A stretch of DNA of 26,913 nt from a virus (taxonomy: Duplodnaviria > Caudoviricetes): IMG/VR virus record IMGVR_UViG_3300032373_000095, positions 1-26,913 of that record; one strand, 5' to 3'. A program made the position numbers and the translations under genes. The notes under the pieces are model-generated. The model did no database searches. It saw nothing but the letters and a program-made list of their open reading frames with translations, and had not been told where the DNA came from. Below, piece after piece: positions 16,659-23,956 of this stretch (the stretch's first letter is position 1; each line of letters begins with the position of its first letter).

Positions 16659-17675
16659 ATGGCTACTCTCGCTGCTAACAACCCGACCTTGCTGGACGTG
16701 TCCAAGGTCACCGACCCTGACGGGGGCATCGCTGATGTCGTTGAAATTCTCAACGAAACAAACGAAGTCCTTGACGATATGGTGTGGATGGAAGGCAATC
16801 TTGTCACCGGCCACCAAACGTCTGTCCGTACAGGACTCCCCACCCCGACTTGGCGTAAAATGTACGGTGGCGTTGATCCGACCAAATCAACAACCGTCCA
16901 GGTCACCGACTCTTGCGGTATGATGGAAGCTTACGCTGAAATCGACAAACGTGTTGCCGACTTGAACGGTAACACTTCAGCTTTCCGTATGTCGGAAGAA
17001 CGCCCTCACATTGAAGGCATGTCTCAGGAGATGGTTGATACCCTCTTCTACGGAAACGAAGCAACTGAACCTGAAGCGTTTACAGGTTTTGCACCTCGCT
17101 ACAATGATCTGTCTGCTGCCAATGCCGACAACATCATTGACGCAGGCGGCACCGGAACAGACAATGCAAGCATCTGGCTCGTTGTCTGGGACGAAAACAA
17201 GTGCTTCGGCGTTTTCCCCAAAGGCTCAAATTCCGGCCTTCAGGTGAACGACAAAGGTCAGGTCACAATCGAAGATGCTTCCAACGGCTCCAACACGGGA
17301 CGCATGGAAGGCTATCGGACACACTACGCCTGGGATGCCGGTCTGGTTCTCAAAGATTGGCGTTATGTGGTGCGTATCTGTAACATCGACAAATCGCTTC
17401 TGTCGCTGGTCTATACGGCTGGTGCGTTTGCGACGGGCGCTCACTTGCCCAACCTGATGTTCCAGGCCATGCGCTTGCCGCCTAACCTGAATGGTCGCGC
17501 TGCGTTCTACATGTCGCGTGATCTGGAAACAAGCCTGATGCAGCAGACTGCTGCCGCAGTACAGGGTTCAACACTGACCACCGAGAACGTTGGTGGCAAG
17601 GTTGTTACCAGTTTCCACAAAATCCCGATCCGTCGTTGTGACGCTCTGTCCGCTGACGAAGCCCGCGTTACCTAA
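16659..17675 (+). CDS. Major capsid protein (BPP-1 Bbp17/epsilon15 gp7-like)
   Basis: TLLD.....DPDG, EGNLVTGH, RTGLPTPTWR, GLVLKDWRYVVRICNID, IPIRRCDAL motifs; 338 aa. Confidence 0.93.
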   Translation: MATLAANNPTLLDVSKVTDPDGGIADVVEILNETNEVLDDMVWMEGNLVTGHQTSVRTGLPTPTWRKMYGGVDPTKSTTVQVTDSCGMMEAYAEIDKRVADLNGNTSAFRMSEERPHIEGMSQEMVDTLFYGNEATEPEAFTGFAPRYNDLSAANADNIIDAGGTGTDNASIWLVVWDENKCFGVFPKGSNSGLQVNDKGQVTIEDASNGSNTGRMEGYRTHYAWDAGLVLKDWRYVVRICNIDKSLLSLVYTAGAFATGAHLPNLMFQAMRLPPNLNGRAAFYMSRDLETSLMQQTAAAVQGSTLTTENVGGKVVTSFHKIPIRRCDALSADEARVT

Positions 17676-17717
17676 ACGGTAGCGTAGCATCTTTCAACAC
17701 TCTTAAAGGAGAGTAAA

Positions 17718-18176
17718 ATGATTTTGGACGAACGTTCGCAATTCTGTTCCGCAGTAGCCCTTAACACGGGTGCTGCCGGGACATACCTTATCGGGGATGT
17801 CATCGACCTTGGTGTCGCCCGTGATATCGGTGCCGGTAAGACCATGTGGGTTTGCATTCAGGTTTCTACGGCTGCAACCTCTGGCGGGTCTGCCACAGCT
17901 AACTTCCAGCTTGCTTCAGATTCCGTTGCTGCAATTGCGGCTGACGGCACTGAAACAATCCATGCAGACACTGGGATGCTTACCCCCGTGGCCTCCATGG
18001 TTGCTGGCTATCAGTGGGCTATCGCAATCCCTCCTGCGATGAGCCAGGACTTTGAACGCTTCCTTGGCATTCAGCAAGTCACAGGTACGGCAGCTTTCAC
18101 TGCTGGCGCTGTGAATGCGTTCCTGACCATTGATCCGCCTGTCAGTTGGAAACCTCTGCCTGACGGCAGTAACTAA
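17718..18176 (+). CDS. Capsid cement/decoration protein (Bbp16-like)
   Basis: MILD..., DVIDLG..RDIGAG, ERFLG, TAGAVNAFL; follows capsid gene; AAGGAG RBS. Confidence 0.85.
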   Translation: MILDERSQFCSAVALNTGAAGTYLIGDVIDLGVARDIGAGKTMWVCIQVSTAATSGGSATANFQLASDSVAAIAADGTETIHADTGMLTPVASMVAGYQWAIAIPPAMSQDFERFLGIQQVTGTAAFTAGAVNAFLTIDPPVSWKPLPDGSN

Positions 18177-18190
18177 GCTTCGGCTTTATC

Positions 18191-18219
18191 GGGGTGGGGC
18201 TTCGGCCTCACCCCTTTTT
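18191..18219 (+). terminator. Rho-independent terminator after capsid genes
   Basis: GGGGTGGGGC-TTCG-GCCTCACCCC then TTTTT. Confidence 0.9.
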
Positions 18220-18245
18220 AACAGCCCAGATAAGGGAATAAGAAA

Positions 18246-18641
18246 ATGCAAGTACTCTTTAAACATAACGCCTTTATCGGTGGTATGCGCTTTCGTAAAG
18301 CACAGTCTCGCCATGACTGGGCTGACTACCCGGACGAGCTTGAAGATCAGCTACCTTCTACCGCCCGTGTTATGCAAGACGGTAAACTGGTGACGATGGA
18401 AGACCTTCGTGGCGACAGGGCAAACACACTGGCGGGTACAAGAGATTCAAAGGGCAGAAGCTTGACGATGGCTGAAGCGCTTGAAAGCCAGCGCGACCAC
18501 GATCTTGAAGACGCTTTCAAAGACAAAGACGAAACCGATCCTCCTGAAGAGGACGAAAACGATGATGGCGGGGAAGAAGAAAAACCCGTCATCAAAAAGA
18601 AAGCCGGTAAGAAAAAGAAAGCCGGTAAGAAAAAGAAGTAA
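18246..18641 (+). CDS. Hypothetical protein with acidic patch and Lys-rich C-terminus
   Basis: AAGGG RBS; tail KKKAGKKKKAGKKKK from a short tandem duplication. Confidence 0.75.
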   Translation: MQVLFKHNAFIGGMRFRKAQSRHDWADYPDELEDQLPSTARVMQDGKLVTMEDLRGDRANTLAGTRDSKGRSLTMAEALESQRDHDLEDAFKDKDETDPPEEDENDDGGEEEKPVIKKKAGKKKKAGKKKK

Positions 18642-18675
18642 GCCTTTCCTTCCCTCTGATCAGGAGTAACACACG

Positions 18676-19512
18676 ATGACTGAAGTATCCAGCACCTTCA
18701 CAGCGGTTGGTGTAAGTGCAACACTTGCCGTAGCTGCAAAAGATGAAACTATTTCATTTACGTATTCAGGTACGTATGTTCAGTCCGTTCAGGTAGAACG
18801 TGCTATGAGCCCGGATGAGTCGGCGTGGGAGGTAATCCTTGGCCCGTACAACACCGATAATGCAACGGTGGCGGCGGAGTACGTCACTCGTAGCCGCAAT
18901 GAGCGTATCCGTGTTCGGTGTACCTCAGACACTTCAGGCACCGGCACCTACTCAATCTCGGACGGCGACAAAGAAGTTAGCGCCATCACAGATGAAGAAG
19001 GCAACCCCCTCATCACCCACACGCAGGCCCAAACGACCCTCCACAAGCAGGTCGTAAACTCTGCGGGTACCGTTGGTCCGGCTCCGGTCGATGCCACTGA
19101 CGCCACACTAGCCGTAACAGCGGCGCTACACGCAGGACGTACAGTTACACTGAACCGTGCTGCTGGCGTCGTATGTACGCTGCCAGTGGCCACAGGCACA
19201 GGCAACAAATATCGGTTCGTCGTCGGCACGGCAATTACGTCTAACGGCGGAATTGTAAAAGTCGGTGACGCTACTGACACCTTTGTTGGTATTTGTTCCG
19301 GCGCGGATGATGATGTCGAAGGTGCTACCGGATATCAGTGGAACTCCGAAACTGGTGATGATACCTTCACCATGGACGGCACGGCCACAGGCGGTCTGAT
19401 CGGTGACTGTTTTGAGTGCGAAGACATTGGTACGAACCAGTGGGCCGTAAACGGACGCATTACTCAGAGCGGCGCTTTCGAAGCTACACCATTCTCCGCC
19501 ACCGTAGCTTAA
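18676..19512 (+). CDS. Putative virion structural protein (Thr/Gly-rich, beta-rich; decoration or fibre-like)
   Basis: AGGAG RBS; TLNRAAG...TLPVATGTG..YRFVV; lies between head and tail genes. Confidence 0.7.
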   Translation: MTEVSSTFTAVGVSATLAVAAKDETISFTYSGTYVQSVQVERAMSPDESAWEVILGPYNTDNATVAAEYVTRSRNERIRVRCTSDTSGTGTYSISDGDKEVSAITDEEGNPLITHTQAQTTLHKQVVNSAGTVGPAPVDATDATLAVTAALHAGRTVTLNRAAGVVCTLPVATGTGNKYRFVVGTAITSNGGIVKVGDATDTFVGICSGADDDVEGATGYQWNSETGDDTFTMDGTATGGLIGDCFECEDIGTNQWAVNGRITQSGAFEATPFSATVA

Positions 19513-19520
19513 GTTAATAC

Positions 19521-19552
19521 TGTTCCTGCCCCCGCCACAGGGGGTGGGAACA
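19521..19552 (+). other. 13-bp hairpin without T tail
   Basis: TGTTCCTGCCCCC/GGGGGTGGGAACA (two G-U pairs). Confidence 0.7.
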
Positions 19553-19564
19553 GATCACGTGATC
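19553..19564. repeat. Dispersed palindrome copy 7
   Basis: aaca-GATCACGTGATC-tgct. Confidence 0.95.
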
Positions 19565-19580
19565 TGCTGAGGGACACACT

Positions 19581-20183
19581 ATGGTAGCAATGAGCAAAGT
19601 TGGGATTTGTAATCTGGCGATATCGCTGACAGGTTCCAAATCCAGTATCCAGTCACTCACAGAAGCAAGCGCTGAGGCAGGGTACTGTAATCAGTGGTAC
19701 GACACAGCCCGTAAAGAAGCCCTTGAGTCTTTTGACTGGGGCTTTGCTCGTAGGCGTATCACATTAGCGTCACATGCAGATGATCCGCCCGACAACTGGG
19801 GCTACCGCTACCAGCATCCTTCTGACTGTATCGCCATGCGGGAGATTGTTAATCCGGGTGGTGATGAAGCGGATGCAATCCCGTTTCTTGTTGAAGCTGA
19901 CAGCACTTTACAGTCTCTATGTATTCTGACAGATGTTGACGACGCTGAAGCCAAGTACACATTCGACCAGCAGACGGTTGGCATTTTCCCTTCTGAGTTT
20001 AACATGGCGCTTGCGTATTTCCTTGCGTCAAAAATGTGTTTGCAGCTTACAGGCAAGCGTGTACTTGTCGAACACCTGATAGCCATGGCCTCGGCACAGG
20101 GAGCGAAAGCAGCGGCAAACAGGGCTAACGAAGAGAAAGAAGACAAGCCACGTGACACTGACTGGATAAGGGCGCGGAGCTAA
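19581..20183 (+). CDS. Tail tubular protein A / adaptor (T7 gp11-like)
   Basis: ICNLAI...G, WGFARRR..L, WGYRYQHPSDC, F..ALAY.LA, W..AR end; 200 aa. Confidence 0.88.
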   Translation: MVAMSKVGICNLAISLTGSKSSIQSLTEASAEAGYCNQWYDTARKEALESFDWGFARRRITLASHADDPPDNWGYRYQHPSDCIAMREIVNPGGDEADAIPFLVEADSTLQSLCILTDVDDAEAKYTFDQQTVGIFPSEFNMALAYFLASKMCLQLTGKRVLVEHLIAMASAQGAKAAANRANEEKEDKPRDTDWIRARS

Positions 20184-23100
20184 TGGCAAAGCTTTCACAA
20201 GTATCATTTGCCAAGGGCGAAGTTTCCCCCGCTCTCTTTGGGCGTACCGACACAGATGCCTATAAGACGGCGTTGAAGAAAGCACGAAACTGCATCATCC
20301 ACTCCCAGGGCGGTGTAAGTAACAGGGCTGGTTTTAAGTTTACGGGCCGCGTAAAAGACCACACTAAATCTGTTCGTGTTATCAAGTTTCAGTTCAAGAC
20401 TGATGATACATACGGCATAGAAGTAGGTGATCTTTACATGCGTTTCGTGCGTGAGGGTGGCCACGTCCTGAACACAGCTAATACTGTATCTGGGGCTACG
20501 CAGGCTAACCCATGCGTTGTAACTGCCACAGGGCATACTCTAAGTAATGGTGACGATGTATATATAACCGGCATCGTTGGTATGACGGAGTTGAATGGTA
20601 ATACCTTCACGGTCGCTAACGCTGGTGCCAACACCTTTGAACTTACAGATCAGGTGACGGGTGCCAACGTTGATAGCTCTGCTTTCACTGCGTATGGCTC
20701 CGCTGGTACAGCGGCGTCTGTGTATGAAATAGCTACACCGTATTTGGAAGCTGACTTGTTCAACATAAAGTTTGTTCAGGATGCAGATGTAATAACGCTG
20801 ACACACCCTTCCTATGCAGCACGTGATCTTACGCGTACCGGACACACGGCCTGGACGCTCACTGTACAGGTGTTTGAACCTGGTCAGGCGAAGCCAACTG
20901 CTATAACCGTCACACCAACAACTCCAGGTGCAGAAACTGAGAGCTATAAAGTTACGGCGATAAATGAGGATACAAATGAAGAAAGCCTTCCCGGCCTTAG
21001 TAATGCGGGTACTGCTTCAGCTTCAGCTACTGCTGCTAATCCAGTGGTTGTTACTGCGGCTGGTCACCCATTTCTTGACGGGGATATTGTAGAGGTATCC
21101 GGCTACAACGAGATGACTGAAGTTAATGGGCGTCAGTTTATCGTTGCGAACAAAGCTACTAATACGTTTGAGTTAAAAGGTGAAAACGGGTCCGGGTACG
21201 CTGCGGAGACAACAGGTGGAACGGTCCACCCCACCTTCGTAAAGATAACAAACGGCAATGCAACCCGCGATAATGTGATCGCATTCACTGCCGCAGCTAA
21301 CGCGCAACGGTACAGGTTCTACCGTGAAGAGAATGGTATATATGGTTACATTGGTGAGTCTGAACTTCCTACGTTTCAGGACGCTTTAGACGCGACTAAC
21401 ATCACAGCAGACTTAACCATATCCCCACCTCAGTCCCGTAACCCCTTTCTTGGTACCGGCAACTATCCAAGCGCCGTGTCTTTCTATGAGCAGAGGCATG
21501 TGTTCGGGGGAACAGATAACAGCCCTGACAGGTCATTCTTTTCGCAGACAGGGCGAGTCCATAACATGTCTGTGTCCGTACCTTCACAGGCTGATGACGC
21601 AATTACAACTAACCTGAACGCAGAGGAAGTAAACGAAATCCGCCATTATGTGGCCGGTGATGATCTTATTGCTTTCACCAGCGGGGGCGAGTGGAAAATA
21701 AATGCAGGTGATCAGGCATTCTTTGCCGCTTCCACGATCAAGCAAAAGATACAGTCCGGGTGGGGTAGCTCTCATCGCAGACCGCTAAAAGTGGGTAATG
21801 ATGTTCTGTTCGTACCAGAGAGTGGTGTTTCTGTGCGGTCATTCAGTCTTGCTGCTGGCGCTTCAAAATACGGGGGCATTGACATAAGCAGGCTTGCTGA
21901 ACACCTGTTCTCAAACGTAACTGTAGTTGACTGGTGCTTTGTTAAAACGCCAGAGCCTCTTATTGTTTGCATAATGTCAGACGGTACAACAGCAAATGTC
22001 ACCTACGATGTCGAACAGGAGGTCATAGCCTGGACTACGTGGGACACATTAGGTAAATTTAAATCCTGCACAGCGTACATACCCGACGACACCACGGTTG
22101 ATGATGTTGTTTTCGCGGTCACGGAAAGGAACATAAACGGGAACACTGTTAAATATATTGAGAGTCTTGCCAGCCGCAGGTTCACAGATGTCCGTGACTG
22201 CTTTTTTGTGGACAGTGGGCTATCACTTGACTCCCCTGTTACAATATCAGGTGCCACGGCGGCTGATCCTGTCATCGTATCTTCTACGGGGCATAACTTT
22301 TCAGTCGGTGATGAAATTGACATTGCAGACATCGTGTGGACGCCCCAGTTTAACGTGGTTTTTGAGGAAACGCAGCCGGACCAATTGAACTACCGGCGAT
22401 ACATTGTGGGCGTGGCCAACGCTAATGATTACACTCTGCTTGATACGGATGCTGACGCCAAGTTTATAGAAGGTGCCACACAGGCTAACCCCGTAGTGGT
22501 AACGTCTCAAGCTCATGGATTTTCAGACGGGGATATAATTGGGATATACTCTACTTCTGGTATGACAGAGCTTAACGGCGTCATATACAAGGTTGCTAAC
22601 AAAACCACCGACACCTTTGAACTAACCGATGAGGCCGATGTAGACATTGATGGCAGTGGGTTCACTGCGTGGACTTCAGGTGGCACAATTAGACATGGGG
22701 TGGACGGCAGTGCTTTTCAGGCGTATGTTGAGGGTGGCACAGCCAGGGAGACTGCACAGGCTATTTCAGGTCTGCACCACCTTGTTGGGGAAACTGTAGT
22801 TGTACTGGCAGATGGCAACGTAGTGGAAGACCTTGTGGTATCGTCAACGGGTGTTATCACGCTTCAGGATCGTGCCAGCCGTGTTCACGTAGGGCTGCGG
22901 TACATAGCAGACATGGAGACATTGGACGTAGAGAGTTACGAAGGGCGAAGCATACTTGGTAAGCAGAAGCAGGTTACCAGAGTGACGATGAAGTTCAGGG
23001 ATACGCGGGGGCTCTTATACGGACCTAACGTGTCTTCTCTGGTTGAGATGAAACAGCGTGAGCTTGAGAACTATGGAGCCCCCACAGACCTTCTGACGGG

Positions 23101-23221
23101 GGTAGAAGTAATGGAAGCTCTGGCACAGTGGAATGATAATGGGCGTATGTTCTTCAGGCAGAAAGAGCCACTACCTTTAACTATTTTGGCACTTATACCT
23201 GACGTAGAAAGTGGGGATTAA
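20183..23221 (+). CDS. Tail tubular protein B / nozzle (T7 gp12-like) with four inserted FCCH-like domains
   Basis: QVSFAKGEVSP...GRTD, QDADV....HP, YPSAVSFYEQR, FVDSGL, GLHHLVGETV, PLPLTILAL motifs. Confidence 0.9.
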   Translation: MAKLSQVSFAKGEVSPALFGRTDTDAYKTALKKARNCIIHSQGGVSNRAGFKFTGRVKDHTKSVRVIKFQFKTDDTYGIEVGDLYMRFVREGGHVLNTANTVSGATQANPCVVTATGHTLSNGDDVYITGIVGMTELNGNTFTVANAGANTFELTDQVTGANVDSSAFTAYGSAGTAASVYEIATPYLEADLFNIKFVQDADVITLTHPSYAARDLTRTGHTAWTLTVQVFEPGQAKPTAITVTPTTPGAETESYKVTAINEDTNEESLPGLSNAGTASASATAANPVVVTAAGHPFLDGDIVEVSGYNEMTEVNGRQFIVANKATNTFELKGENGSGYAAETTGGTVHPTFVKITNGNATRDNVIAFTAAANAQRYRFYREENGIYGYIGESELPTFQDALDATNITADLTISPPQSRNPFLGTGNYPSAVSFYEQRHVFGGTDNSPDRSFFSQTGRVHNMSVSVPSQADDAITTNLNAEEVNEIRHYVAGDDLIAFTSGGEWKINAGDQAFFAASTIKQKIQSGWGSSHRRPLKVGNDVLFVPESGVSVRSFSLAAGASKYGGIDISRLAEHLFSNVTVVDWCFVKTPEPLIVCIMSDGTTANVTYDVEQEVIAWTTWDTLGKFKSCTAYIPDDTTVDDVVFAVTERNINGNTVKYIESLASRRFTDVRDCFFVDSGLSLDSPVTISGATAADPVIVSSTGHNFSVGDEIDIADIVWTPQFNVVFEETQPDQLNYRRYIVGVANANDYTLLDTDADAKFIEGATQANPVVVTSQAHGFSDGDIIGIYSTSGMTELNGVIYKVANKTTDTFELTDEADVDIDGSGFTAWTSGGTIRHGVDGSAFQAYVEGGTARETAQAISGLHHLVGETVVVLADGNVVEDLVVSSTGVITLQDRASRVHVGLRYIADMETLDVESYEGRSILGKQKQVTRVTMKFRDTRGLLYGPNVSSLVEMKQRELENYGAPTDLLTGVEVMEALAQWNDNGRMFFRQKEPLPLTILALIPDVESGD

Positions 23222-23224
23222 AAA

Positions 23225-23956
23225 ATGGCAAGTATACTCCCGTTGATTAGCCTTGGGCTATCAACTTTCGGCGCTGTACAAAGCTATCGGGCAGGGGAAG
23301 CCGCTGCCGAAGGCAGTGAAGGGAAAGCCAAGGCTGCTGGCGAAGCCGCTGATCTTCGCAGAGAGTCAGGTGATCTTGAGCAAGAAGCCATTAAGCAGCG
23401 TTCTGCCGCAGATATAAAGTCAGCTTTGTACCGCCGACGCGTGGCCGTAGACAATGAAGCTTCTGCTAAAGAGGCAGCGCAGGATGCTATTGACCGTGGC
23501 GAAACTGATGTCATGCTTAATGCTCTGCAAGTCCGTAAGGTCATAGGTGAGCAGAGGGCGACCATGGCAGCTAATGGTGTTGAGTTGACCGGCGACGATA
23601 CAAGTCCCGATAACCTAATTGCAGACACCATGTACACGGGTGATATTAACGCTGTTATAATCCGAGACAATGCGGGACGCGAGGCAAAGCGTATGTTGCA
23701 AGCGGGGAGTAACTTTGCGGCTGAAGCATTGTTGCTTGGACAGTCGGCAGAGGACACTCTTGAGGCCACTGACATAGCACTGCAAGGCGCAGAGCTTGAG
23801 ACTGAAGCTGATATTCTGGCTACGCTTGCCCAAATACAAGTAGCAAAAGCTACCGCCAGTGCCACGCGGCTTCAGACATTTGGTTCCGCGTTGGGTAGTG
23901 CTGGTCAGATTGGCGCTCAGTACTCTAAATTTAAATACACAGGAGCGCTTGACTAA
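23225..23956 (+). CDS. Internal virion (ejection) protein, T7 gp14-like
   Basis: Hydrophobic N-terminus, Ala-rich helices, IGEQRATMAANGV motif; position after nozzle. Confidence 0.75.
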   Translation: MASILPLISLGLSTFGAVQSYRAGEAAAEGSEGKAKAAGEAADLRRESGDLEQEAIKQRSAADIKSALYRRRVAVDNEASAKEAAQDAIDRGETDVMLNALQVRKVIGEQRATMAANGVELTGDDTSPDNLIADTMYTGDINAVIIRDNAGREAKRMLQAGSNFAAEALLLGQSAEDTLEATDIALQGAELETEADILATLAQIQVAKATASATRLQTFGSALGSAGQIGAQYSKFKYTGALD

